59,547 bases of DNA from an uncultured virus (IMG/VR IMGVR_UViG_3300014666_000034). Its lineage: Duplodnaviria; Heunggongvirae; Uroviricota; Caudoviricetes. Positions 49,422 through 58,293 of this stretch are shown piece after piece. Under the pieces are notes generated by a model. It worked only from the letters and a program-made list of their open reading frames with translations, was not told the DNA's origin and made no database searches. The translations under genes were made by a program, and so were the position numbers. Location: positions 62,001 through 121,547 of IMG/VR virus record IMGVR_UViG_3300014666_000034. One strand, 5' to 3'. Every line of letters begins with the position of its first letter. Position 1 is the stretch's first letter.

Positions 49422-49688
49422 ATGTATATAGACGTAAATATTAGTGGCAATACATATTCAATCACTATTTATAGAAATGGTGTTGCAGAATATGTCAGAT
49501 CAAAAGATATGAGACTATTAAGCCACTACGTAAAGAATCTAATTGAATCGACAAACGAAGAAGTATTTGTTGGTCAGCGTGGAATTGAAAAATATTTTGC
49601 TGACTGCCTTGAAGAAGATGGAGTAACTTACACTCCTATGACATATTCTCATGTGGTAGATTCGGATAAGTTTAAAGTTATTGATTGA
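49422..49688 (+). CDS. Hypothetical protein
   Basis: RBS AGGAGG; bounded by motifs 49383 and 49686. Confidence 0.7.
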   Translation: MYIDVNISGNTYSITIYRNGVAEYVRSKDMRLLSHYVKNLIESTNEEVFVGQRGIEKYFADCLEEDGVTYTPMTYSHVVDSDKFKVID

Positions 49689-49723
49689 AAGTGAAATTTC
49701 AAATAGAAAATGGAGGTGATAAC

Positions 49724-50200
49724 ATAAAGGTCATATTTTTAGATATTGACGGAGTGCTAAATTTTAATGGTTGTCGGGATAAAATTGGAGGACTATATTT
49801 CGTAAATAATAATCGTATTAAGCTGCTTAAAAAAATCATTGATGCCACAGGCGCAAAAATAGTTTTGTCTTCCACATGGCGCATCGGTTGGTTTGATAGA
49901 GATTATAGTATACATAGCAGAAACGCAGAGGATTTTACCAAATTAGAAAATAAATTAAAAGAGTACGATATAACATTTATTTCACGGACACCAAGACTTG
50001 CAAGTGGATATCGTGGAGAAGAAATAAAAACATGGATTGATAACTGGAAAGGTGAGCCAGTAGAATCATTTATCATTATTGATGATGATGCGGATATGAA
50101 GCCGTTCATGAACAGATTGGTTCAAACATCGTTTAACAAAGGATTGCAACAGAAAAATGTTGACAAGGCAATACTGTTACTAAACGGAGAAAGAAGGTGA
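49724..50200 (+). CDS. HAD-family phosphatase (RNA-repair 'Swiss army knife' HAD type), ATA start
   Basis: KVIFLDIDGVLN, IVLSSTWR, RG.EI..W, IIDD. Confidence 0.8.
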   Translation: MKVIFLDIDGVLNFNGCRDKIGGLYFVNNNRIKLLKKIIDATGAKIVLSSTWRIGWFDRDYSIHSRNAEDFTKLENKLKEYDITFISRTPRLASGYRGEEIKTWIDNWKGEPVESFIIIDDDADMKPFMNRLVQTSFNKGLQQKNVDKAILLLNGERR

Positions 50201-50206
50201 AAATGC

Positions 50207-50524
50207 ATGAGAACATTTAAGTGTACAGTGACGAGAGAAACCACTATGGATATTACAATTGATGATTCTATATGGACTGATGACGAGATCGAGGAGTGGA
50301 GCAAACACTTTCAGGACGCAGATGATTTAGAAGAACTGGTAGAGAGATTGGCTGCTATGAAGGTTAATCATGAAGACGGAGAATTTTTAGAGGGGTTTGG
50401 TGTTCCACTGATTGATGGTAAGAAGCCATATTCATATCTAAAAGATGACCAGATCGAAGATTCTATCAATATTCGTAATCAGGAAGAATCTATCGATGTA
50501 GATGTTGAGGAAATTACATATTAA
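50207..50524 (+). CDS. Acidic hypothetical protein
   Basis: RBS AAGGTG. Confidence 0.7.
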   Translation: MRTFKCTVTRETTMDITIDDSIWTDDEIEEWSKHFQDADDLEELVERLAAMKVNHEDGEFLEGFGVPLIDGKKPYSYLKDDQIEDSINIRNQEESIDVDVEEITY

Positions 50525-50533
50525 GGAGGGTAA

Positions 50534-51667
50534 ATGTCGGATAAAGAAAATTCATATGTCAAACAAATACTGTCTGGAATTGCGATTTCTGTCGGAGTAT
50601 CCGCTATAACGGGTGCTGCAAAGATAATCAAAGGACTTAAAAGTTCAGTCATCGATATCGGAGAGTGGGACAGGTCGTATAATAATATCAACAAACTAAT
50701 ATACAAGTTGAATCCTGACACATACACGAAGAATCGTATTCCAACAACCAATAAAGATTATTATGAATTATGTGGCGATACGGCATATTTCATCAAAGTC
50801 AAAAAGAATAATTTTGTCAAGGTAGAAACCTATAAAAATATGAAAGATAAGTCGTACTATCCTGAAAATAGACTGAAAATCATCTTCTATGGAAAGGAAA
50901 GATATGCTATAAGGGAACGGTTTTTAAATGATGCATTAAAGATTGCAGACGATAATCATATCAGAGTTCAATACTTAAATGAACAAGAAATGAATTGCGA
51001 TATTATTCCTCACTCTTTTGACAATATAGTGTTGGATTCATCAGTAAAAAAAAGAATAATCAATGGTCTTGATAATTGGGGATCAAGTAAAAATTGGTAT
51101 CAAAATCATCAGTTAGTACACAAGATTGGCGTTTTTCTTTATGGTAAGCCAGGAACGGGTAAGTCAACTATCGCGAAAGCCATAAGTACAAAATTTTCTA
51201 ATGCACCTATCCTGACCATTGATCCTCAAAACATCATGAGCTCGATAAATGGAATTCTAAAAATGAGAAAGAAGTATGATGGCACAATTATTGTTTTAAT
51301 AGAAGATTTTGATATGTTCTTTAAAAGCAGAGAGGAAATAGAAGGTGTGGAGCTTGATGCCGCACAGAAAAAGCAGAAAGACGTAAATCAAAATGCGATA
51401 TTTCAGCTTTTAGACGGTATCTATTCTACTGAGAATACTATTTATGTTGCCACAACGAATTATAAAGACAGGATTGATTCTGCGTTAATACGATATGGTA
51501 GATTTGATATCCAGGAAAAACTTGATTATTTTGATAGAAGCCAAGCTTTGGAATGTTTGAAACTACTAGGATATGGTGAAGATTTGTTAGATAAATTCTC
51601 AATTGAGCTTCCGGTACAACCATCACTTCTACAGAGCAAGGTTATGGAGCACAGAGCAATTTATTAG
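50534..51667 (+). CDS. Membrane-anchored AAA+ ATPase (BCS1-like)
   Basis: N-terminal hydrophobic helix; GKPGTGKS, IEDFD, ATTN, DSALIRYGRFD. Confidence 0.8.
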   Translation: MSDKENSYVKQILSGIAISVGVSAITGAAKIIKGLKSSVIDIGEWDRSYNNINKLIYKLNPDTYTKNRIPTTNKDYYELCGDTAYFIKVKKNNFVKVETYKNMKDKSYYPENRLKIIFYGKERYAIRERFLNDALKIADDNHIRVQYLNEQEMNCDIIPHSFDNIVLDSSVKKRIINGLDNWGSSKNWYQNHQLVHKIGVFLYGKPGTGKSTIAKAISTKFSNAPILTIDPQNIMSSINGILKMRKKYDGTIIVLIEDFDMFFKSREEIEGVELDAAQKKQKDVNQNAIFQLLDGIYSTENTIYVATTNYKDRIDSALIRYGRFDIQEKLDYFDRSQALECLKLLGYGEDLLDKFSIELPVQPSLLQSKVMEHRAIY

Positions 51668-51752
51668 CAAATCAATAAAAGCATAGATTCAATTTTATTC
51701 ACATCAATAACAATCCCAACAATTTTACAATTAAATATAGGAGGCAAAAGAC

Positions 51753-51953
51753 ATTAAAAGAATTATTTACGCCAAAGATTTAGCTATGGAATTATTAAAA
51801 CATCCCAAGGCTCTGGTTTGTGCTGGCAAAATGGGAGCAGATACGTATAGAGATGATAGAAAAATAGAGAATGTATTTTTGAGAGATGGGAATACCATCG
51901 TCTTGAATATTGAAAGTTACGATGAAAGCGGAGAATTGAAATTTTATAGATAG
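51753..51953 (+). CDS. 66-aa hypothetical protein with ATT start (absent from track)
   Basis: RBS AGGAGG before ATT; open to TAG 51953. Confidence 0.5.
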   Translation: MKRIIYAKDLAMELLKHPKALVCAGKMGADTYRDDRKIENVFLRDGNTIVLNIESYDESGELKFYR

Positions 51954-51965
51954 GAGGAATAACGT

Positions 51966-52547
51966 ATGCAAATTAGCAATGTAAACGTATATGGTCTTGA
52001 AAATGCTATCAGAGTAAGCAAATTCCCAATGGCAGTAAGTGCAAAAGACTGTACAGAAGAAGTTACAAAAACAACGTCGAAGTTAGGATCGTGTAAATCA
52101 GGCACCGGACATGATAACTTCCTTAAAGGGATAGTGGTTCAGTTCGATATGAGATTTACTAACAAAATGTCCGTGGAGTTGGAGAGATACCATTTCATTG
52201 ACTTTATTTCTAGTCAATCAACAATGCATCGGATTACAAAGTTCAAGCTCGAAGACCAGTGTAACAAATATGTAGACCAAAGAATTATTGATATCGTTCA
52301 GGAAATGATTGATGTCTATAACGGGTTGGAAGATATGGGGACCGAATTTGCCCAGGATTTATATTTGAGAATTCTTTACAATGTCCCGTCTGGTTTTGAA
52401 TTGACCGCTGGATTTACTACAAACTACCAGCAATTAAAAACAATCTATATGCAGAGAAAAACGCATCGTCTACCTGAGTGGCGAGAGTTTTGTAAGTGGG
52501 TAGAGACTTTGCCGAGGTTTGGAGAATTAGTTCTTGGAGGTGAGTAA
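51966..52547 (+). CDS. ThyX-like (flavin-dependent thymidylate synthase fold) protein
   Basis: GHDNFL, ELERY...SSQSTMH, NY..L......R..HRLPEW; nucleotide-metabolism context. Confidence 0.5.
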   Translation: MQISNVNVYGLENAIRVSKFPMAVSAKDCTEEVTKTTSKLGSCKSGTGHDNFLKGIVVQFDMRFTNKMSVELERYHFIDFISSQSTMHRITKFKLEDQCNKYVDQRIIDIVQEMIDVYNGLEDMGTEFAQDLYLRILYNVPSGFELTAGFTTNYQQLKTIYMQRKTHRLPEWREFCKWVETLPRFGELVLGGE

Positions 52548-52991
52548 GTGAAGTGCATGGATTGTGATGCTTGTAAGCAAGGATTCTTTAAATCTAAACC
52601 AGGAATGTATGTTTGTACAGGAACTAAAGAACCGTTTGTGATAGAAAATATTGGTCATGAATGCACTGAATATCCAGATAGAAATATCAGAATGGAAAGC
52701 AAGTATATGAAGGAGGTTATTAAAACGTTGATAGAAAAAGAGCAGGTAAGCCACCCGTCCCATTATGGTGGAGAAAATAATCCATATGAAGCCAGAAAGG
52801 TTATAAGGGCTTGGGGATTGAATTTCAATCTTGGTAACGTTGCAAAATACATAAGCAGAGCAGGTAAAAAAGATTTAAAAGGCGATGTGCTGAAGTCTAC
52901 GATTGAAGATTTAGGTAAGGCAAAACAGTATCTTGAGTTTGAGATTGAAGAACTCAACGAGCAGCTAGAAGCATTTGTATGTCAAGATTAA
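52548..52991 (+). CDS. Cys-rich domain fused to DUF3310-like domain (internal start 52728)
   Basis: VSHPSHY...FNLGNVAKYISRAGKK...EDL.KA..YL. Confidence 0.75.
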   Translation: MKCMDCDACKQGFFKSKPGMYVCTGTKEPFVIENIGHECTEYPDRNIRMESKYMKEVIKTLIEKEQVSHPSHYGGENNPYEARKVIRAWGLNFNLGNVAKYISRAGKKDLKGDVLKSTIEDLGKAKQYLEFEIEELNEQLEAFVCQD

Positions 52992-53002
52992 GGAGATGAA
53001 AG

Positions 53003-53215
53003 ATGGTTTTCAATGAGAGAATGTTAAGCACATACAAAGGAAAATCTAATGCCATGGGATTTATTAAAGGCCATATTTACGAAATCGAGATTGAGCAGAT
53101 GAAGCATGGATATGAAGTATCAGTTTTCTACGATACAATACTGAACCATGAACTAAAGCGGTTAAATGTACCCTATAGTAGTGAAACAAGCTTGAAATCG
53201 AATTGGGACTTATAG
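53003..53215 (+). CDS. Hypothetical protein
   Basis: RBS AAGGAG. Confidence 0.65.
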   Translation: MVFNERMLSTYKGKSNAMGFIKGHIYEIEIEQMKHGYEVSVFYDTILNHELKRLNVPYSSETSLKSNWDL

Positions 53216-53230
53216 GAAGGGAGGAGTGAA

Positions 53231-53692
53231 ATGAAACATGTTTGGTTATGTGGAGCATCAGAAAAAGTCAATTTTGAAGACAGTAACTGGTGGAGGGAAA
53301 TTTGCATTAAATGGTTTGAAAATAATTCTGACTCTTTTAGGGCTTGGAATCCAAACAATTACTATAATTACCGTGAGCAACTTCATAAGTCTGATACTGA
53401 AATCCTTAGATTTTGTGATAACAGGGTTGAAAAGGCTGATGTAATATTAGTGAATCTTCAGAGTATAAGGCAATCGGTAGGAAGTATTATGGAAATTGCT
53501 TGGGCATGGAAAGCAAGAAAACCAATTATCGGATTCCTGGAAGATGATGAGATTGAGATTGGCGGTGGTACATTACCATTAGATTTAAAGAAAGTATGCC
53601 ACCCGTTTGTGGTCGAGTGTTGTAATAGGATTGAAACAGGGTATGATGCAAGATTAGATGCTTTGGAGTACATAGAAAAATATTACGGTTAA
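53231..53692 (+). CDS. Nucleoside 2-deoxyribosyltransferase/hydrolase-like protein
   Basis: VWLCG...WR...NP...ADVILV...SVGSIMEIAWA...KPII. Confidence 0.7.
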   Translation: MKHVWLCGASEKVNFEDSNWWREICIKWFENNSDSFRAWNPNNYYNYREQLHKSDTEILRFCDNRVEKADVILVNLQSIRQSVGSIMEIAWAWKARKPIIGFLEDDEIEIGGGTLPLDLKKVCHPFVVECCNRIETGYDARLDALEYIEKYYG

Positions 53693-53704
53693 TAGGAGGA
53701 TTGA

Positions 53705-54142
53705 ATGACAATATTTTTATTATGTTGTTTGGTGATTCTTCTCATATCGAGGATTAAAGAAACACCGTATATGTTAAGTGAAAGCCGATACTATGAAAAG
53801 GTAAGAAGTGTCATAAGAAGTAATGAGAAATTTCTTAATGAGTTACAATATGATAAAAGGTTATATGTTGAGAGGTTCGCAAAAGTAGCTACATATCTAT
53901 ATTTTGGTTTTACAATTTGTGTTTATACCATGGTCGGTATTTCACAAAATTTACCATTAATCAACTTTCTATCCTTTCTTCAAATTTGTACAGTAGTAAT
54001 AACTATGCGACTGCAAAGAAGCGTAAGTCCAATAAGTCTATACATAGATGATTTTCCATTCTACAGGTGGTACTTTTTATTCAATGTAGTACTGGATTAC
54101 ATATATTACCCATTGGCATGTGTAATGCTGTTGATTAAATGA
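53705..54142 (+). CDS. Multi-TM membrane protein
   Basis: Four hydrophobic segments; RBS AGGAGG. Confidence 0.7.
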   Translation: MTIFLLCCLVILLISRIKETPYMLSESRYYEKVRSVIRSNEKFLNELQYDKRLYVERFAKVATYLYFGFTICVYTMVGISQNLPLINFLSFLQICTVVITMRLQRSVSPISLYIDDFPFYRWYFLFNVVLDYIYYPLACVMLLIK

Positions 54143-54166
54143 ATAAATAATTAGGAGGACTGTTTA

Positions 54167-56371
54167 TTGTTAAAAGTAATTAAAAGAGATTGCACAGAAG
54201 TAGATTTTGATGAATCAAAGATATCAAACGCAATTATAGAAGCAATGAAAAATGGTAGTGGGATATTAAATAGGCGTATTGCGTTCACAATTGCGAATGA
54301 GATATACGAAGAAAATAAGGCCAAGGATGAATTAAGTATTTCCGAGATCGAGTCTATGGTATATGACAAGTTGATTAATAAAAATCAGAGTTTGACTGCT
54401 AAAGCTTATGAGGGGTATCGCTGCATAAGAGAGTATCAAAGAGAGAATTGTAATACTATTGATAGCGAAATTGATGAGTTACTCAATGGTTCAAGCGAAT
54501 ACTGGGCAAGTGAAAACTCAAATAAAGATGAAAAGCTTGTTACTACTCAAAGAGATTATATGGCGGGCATTGTAAGCAAGGATATGTGTAGAAGATATTT
54601 GCTCCCACCTGAAATAGTACAGGCAAATGATGAGGGAATTATTCATTTTCACGATATGGACTACTTCGGCCAGCGTACCTTGCATAATTGCGATTTGGTT
54701 AATCTCGAAGACATGTTACAGAATGGAACCGTCATTAGTGGGACAATGATTGAAAAACCACATAGTTTTTCTACTGCTTGTAATATTGCAACACAGATTA
54801 TTGCTCAGGTTGCAAGTTGTCAATATGGAGGCCAGACGATCACATTATCACACCTAGCACCATTTGTTGACGTAAGTAGACAGAAACTACGTAAAGAAGT
54901 GACTGCCGAGCGAACAGTAAATGGTGACTCATTGGATGAAAACATAATTAATGAAGTTGTTCGTAAAAGACTGAGAAACGAGATTAAACGCGGCGTACAG
55001 ACAATTCAGTATCAAGTCATTACTCTTATGACGACAAATGGACAGGCACCTTTCTTGTCGGTCAATATGTATCTTAATGAAGTTAACGACGAACAGACCA
55101 AGGAAGATTTAGCACTGATTATTGAAGAAGTACTAATCCAGCGATTGCAGGGAGTAAAAAATGAAGTTGGTATTTGGATTACCCCGGCATTTCCTAAATT
55201 ACTTTATGTTTTAGAAGAAGACAATATCCATGATGATAGTCCGTACTGGCATCTGACGGAACTTGCTGCAAAGTGTACAGCAAAAAGGATGGTTCCAGAT
55301 TACATATCAGAAAAGATTATGTTAGAAAACAAGATCGACAAAAATGGAAATGGAAACGTGTATCCATGCATGGGCTGTCGCAGTTTCTTAACTCCGTATG
55401 TTGATGAAAATGGAACTCCAAAATATTATGGCAGATTTAATCAGGGTGTTGTAACGGTTTCGCTACCAGATATTGCTTTATCTTCCGACGGTAATATTGA
55501 TACTTTCTGGACAATCTTTGACGAGAGAATGGAGTTGTGTCATAGGGCTCTACAGTGCAGACATGATAGGCTTGAAGGGACATCTTCCGATGTTGCTCCA
55601 ATATTATGGCAAAACGGTGCACTAGCAAGGCTAAAGAAAGGTGAGAAGATTGATAAATTACTTCACAATGGATATTCGACTCTTTCACTTGGATATGCAG
55701 GACTGTATGAATGTGTAAAATATATGACTGAACATTCTCACACAGATGGTGGCTGTGGGACAGCATTTGCATTAGAAGTAATGCAGAAACTAAATGATTA
55801 CTGCACCAAATGGAAACTTGAAGAACACATTGATTATAGTGTGTACGGCTCTCCAATAGAATCCACTACATATAAATTTGCAAAATGCCTCAAGAAGCGA
55901 TTTGGTGTTATAAAAGGAATTACGGACAGAGATTACATAACAAACTCATATCATATTCCAGTATTTGAAGAAATAGATCCTTTCAAGAAGCTAGAAATCG
56001 AAAGCCAATTTCAGAAACTTAGTCCAGGCGGAGCAATTAGCTATATTGAATGCGCTGATTTGACAAAAAACACAGAAATCGTATTAGAAGTGATGAAGTT
56101 CATTTATGACCATATCATGTACGCTGAATTGAATACGAAAAGTGACTATTGTCAAGAGTGCGGATACGATGGAGAAATAAAGATCATCGAAGAGAATGGA
56201 GAACTTATTTGGGAATGCCCAAACTGCCATAATCGTGACAAGTCCAAAATGAATGTATCAAGGCGTACCTGCGGATACATTGGAAGCAACTTTTGGAATC
56301 CTGGAAGAACTGAAGAAATCTCTGAGAGATATGTGCACATTGATGATCATGTTATGAAAGGCTGTGATTAA
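54167..56371 (+). CDS. nrdD: Anaerobic (class III) ribonucleoside-triphosphate reductase
   Basis: ATP cone VIKRD, IHFHDMDY, NC, MGCRSFL, CxxC...CxxC, RRTCGYIG. Confidence 0.95.
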   Translation: MLKVIKRDCTEVDFDESKISNAIIEAMKNGSGILNRRIAFTIANEIYEENKAKDELSISEIESMVYDKLINKNQSLTAKAYEGYRCIREYQRENCNTIDSEIDELLNGSSEYWASENSNKDEKLVTTQRDYMAGIVSKDMCRRYLLPPEIVQANDEGIIHFHDMDYFGQRTLHNCDLVNLEDMLQNGTVISGTMIEKPHSFSTACNIATQIIAQVASCQYGGQTITLSHLAPFVDVSRQKLRKEVTAERTVNGDSLDENIINEVVRKRLRNEIKRGVQTIQYQVITLMTTNGQAPFLSVNMYLNEVNDEQTKEDLALIIEEVLIQRLQGVKNEVGIWITPAFPKLLYVLEEDNIHDDSPYWHLTELAAKCTAKRMVPDYISEKIMLENKIDKNGNGNVYPCMGCRSFLTPYVDENGTPKYYGRFNQGVVTVSLPDIALSSDGNIDTFWTIFDERMELCHRALQCRHDRLEGTSSDVAPILWQNGALARLKKGEKIDKLLHNGYSTLSLGYAGLYECVKYMTEHSHTDGGCGTAFALEVMQKLNDYCTKWKLEEHIDYSVYGSPIESTTYKFAKCLKKRFGVIKGITDRDYITNSYHIPVFEEIDPFKKLEIESQFQKLSPGGAISYIECADLTKNTEIVLEVMKFIYDHIMYAELNTKSDYCQECGYDGEIKIIEENGELIWECPNCHNRDKSKMNVSRRTCGYIGSNFWNPGRTEEISERYVHIDDHVMKGCD

Positions 56372-56882
56372 AATTCGATATGCAAAAATAAGAAGTATGG
56401 ATATATCAAACGGAGAGGGAATAGGTATTTCCCTCTTCACACAAGGGTGTCATTTTCATTGTAAAAACTGTTTTAATACTGAAGCATGGGATTTTGATGG
56501 CGGAAAAGAGTGGTCAGAAGAAGTGAAAAATCACTTTATAATATTGGCTGCGAATCCACATATAAAGAGAATTTCAATCTTAGGCGGTGAGCCGTTAGCA
56601 AATGAAAGCCTTGATGGGGTTCTAGATTTGGTAAATGAAATTCGCCTTTCATATCCAGAGAAAAATATATGGCTATATTCAGGATATACCTGGGACGAAG
56701 TGTTTAATGGAGAAAACGAAATCCGCAAAGAAATTATAGCGAAATGTGATGTAATGATTGATGGAAGATATGTAGACGAACTGAGAGATATTAGTCTGAA
56801 ATGGAAGGGCAGCACTAACCAAAATGTTATAGATATTCAAGAGTCTATTAAACAAGAAAAGTCAATCTTATACTGTAATTAA
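56364..56882 (+). CDS. nrdG: Anaerobic RNR activating radical-SAM protein
   Basis: DISNGEGI..SLF.QGCHFHCKNCFN, LGGEPL, DG.Y, GS.NQ. Confidence 0.93.
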   Translation: MIKIRYAKIRSMDISNGEGIGISLFTQGCHFHCKNCFNTEAWDFDGGKEWSEEVKNHFIILAANPHIKRISILGGEPLANESLDGVLDLVNEIRLSYPEKNIWLYSGYTWDEVFNGENEIRKEIIAKCDVMIDGRYVDELRDISLKWKGSTNQNVIDIQESIKQEKSILYCN

Positions 56883-57485
56883 ATGGAGAACATATTGAAA
56901 GAAGTAATTAAATTTTTTGAAGATGAAATATATCAATTCAACATAGAGCTTGGTGGAGTACTAAAGAAAGATTACAGGGAGTATTTAGAAAATAAGAAAT
57001 CATATTATGAACTTGCTTCAAAGGCAATTCAGAGGCTAAAAGGAGAAGTAAATTTGCAGAAAATCAGAATTAAATATGCCAACCAATTATTAGAGAGAAT
57101 CAAGAAGATTAATGCGGGCGACTGGGTAGATCTCCGATGTAGCGAGGATATTGAACTGAAAGCGGGAGAGTTTAGACTAATACCTTTAGGAGTTGCGATG
57201 CAGTTACCAGACGGATATGAAGCACATGTAGTTCCAAGAAGCAGCACATTCAAGAATTACGGAATCATTCAGACCAACAGCATGGGGGTAATTGATGAAT
57301 CATACTGTGGAGATAATGATTCTTGGTTCTTCCCTGCTTATGCATTGAGAGATACCAAGATTAATTTTAATGATCGTATATGTCAATTCCGCATTTTGGA
57401 ACATCAGCCCAGTATTAACTTTGAAGAAGTAGAAACACTAGACAACAAAGACCGAGGAGGTCATGGATCTACAGGAATTAACTAA
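56883..57485 (+). CDS. dut: Trimeric dUTPase (internal start 57054) with in-frame N-terminal extension
   Basis: [25 protein letters not shown]. Confidence 0.9.
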   Translation: MENILKEVIKFFEDEIYQFNIELGGVLKKDYREYLENKKSYYELASKAIQRLKGEVNLQKIRIKYANQLLERIKKINAGDWVDLRCSEDIELKAGEFRLIPLGVAMQLPDGYEAHVVPRSSTFKNYGIIQTNSMGVIDESYCGDNDSWFFPAYALRDTKINFNDRICQFRILEHQPSINFEEVETLDNKDRGGHGSTGIN

Positions 57486-57574
57486 ATACAATTACTCTGT
57501 GTTTGCGCAGACACAGTTTACATAGATAGATAAGGATACCGGTATCCTTCAAATCACAAATTTGGAGGATTGTA

Positions 57575-58243
57575 ATGAGAAAATTAATAACAGTAGGCAT
57601 GACATCGCTATGTCTAACCTTTACTATGCCCATGGCAACATGGGCGAATAATATAGAAGAAACCGTAACAACGGCACAGTTTGAATCAGAATTACCATAT
57701 ACTACAGATTTTACGTTGAAATTTGCTAATCAAGCAGGAGTAAACATTAGAGAAGAACCTAATACAAGATCAAAAATTTTAGGTCATACACTCTTAAACA
57801 CAACATTTGAGGTTGTACTGGATATCGGAGGTTGGAGTATGATTACTACCGAAGATGGATATTCATACATAAAATCAGAATTTCTAAACGATGAAGAAGT
57901 GAAATACACCACTGAAGATTTATACATAATGGCACACGTACTAGCTGGTGAAGCACAATTCTGTGATGATACAGAGCAAAGATATGTTGGATCAGTTGTA
58001 TTAAATCGTGTTGCTCATTCTGAGTACCCAGATACAATAAAAGGAGTAGTGTTTGAAAAAAGGCAGTATTCCAGTGTAGCTGATGGTAACTATAATCGGA
58101 GACCAACTGATCAAAATTGGGAAAATGCAAGATGGTTGCTTGAGCATGGAAGCATACTTCCTGGATATGTTATTTATCAGTCAAAGGGTAAACAGGGAAA
58201 TGGTGTTTATTTGAAGACTAAATGGCATCAGTATTGTTATTAA
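57575..58243 (+). CDS. Secreted SH3b + SleB/Hydrolase_2 cell-wall hydrolase
   Basis: Signal peptide; VNIREEPNT.S.ILG...GW; LAGEA...VGSVVLNRV....YPDTIKGVVF...QY. Confidence 0.85.
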   Translation: MRKLITVGMTSLCLTFTMPMATWANNIEETVTTAQFESELPYTTDFTLKFANQAGVNIREEPNTRSKILGHTLLNTTFEVVLDIGGWSMITTEDGYSYIKSEFLNDEEVKYTTEDLYIMAHVLAGEAQFCDDTEQRYVGSVVLNRVAHSEYPDTIKGVVFEKRQYSSVADGNYNRRPTDQNWENARWLLEHGSILPGYVIYQSKGKQGNGVYLKTKWHQYCY

Positions 58244-58250
58244 CAATATT

Positions 58251-58277
58251 ATCGCTGTCTCTAAACAAGGCAGCGAT
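58251..58277 (+). terminator. Hairpin between hydrolase and integrase
   Basis: ATCGCTGTC/GGCAGCGAT. Confidence 0.5.
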
Positions 58278-58293
58278 TTACATAAATTAAGGG

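Larger units (their letters stand above)
39996..51691. repeat. Array 3 of TRAAA-N6-TTTYA junction motifs
   Basis: Copies at 39996, 40690, 41490, 41680, 42935, 43470, 43750, 43968, 44207, 44634, 44811, 46778, 47918, 48720, 49383, 49686, 51676. Confidence 0.85.

Noticed and set aside
1356..51691. CRISPR array or classical attC sites as explanation of the junction motif
   Set aside because: Arms are only 5 bp, intervals are gene-sized and irregular, no cas genes are present, and there are no RYYYAAC/GTTRRRY boxes or long attC hairpins.
36160..56371. Inteins or introns in dnaE, helicase or nrdD
   Set aside because: Frames are continuous with ordinary lengths and I see no intein splice motifs.
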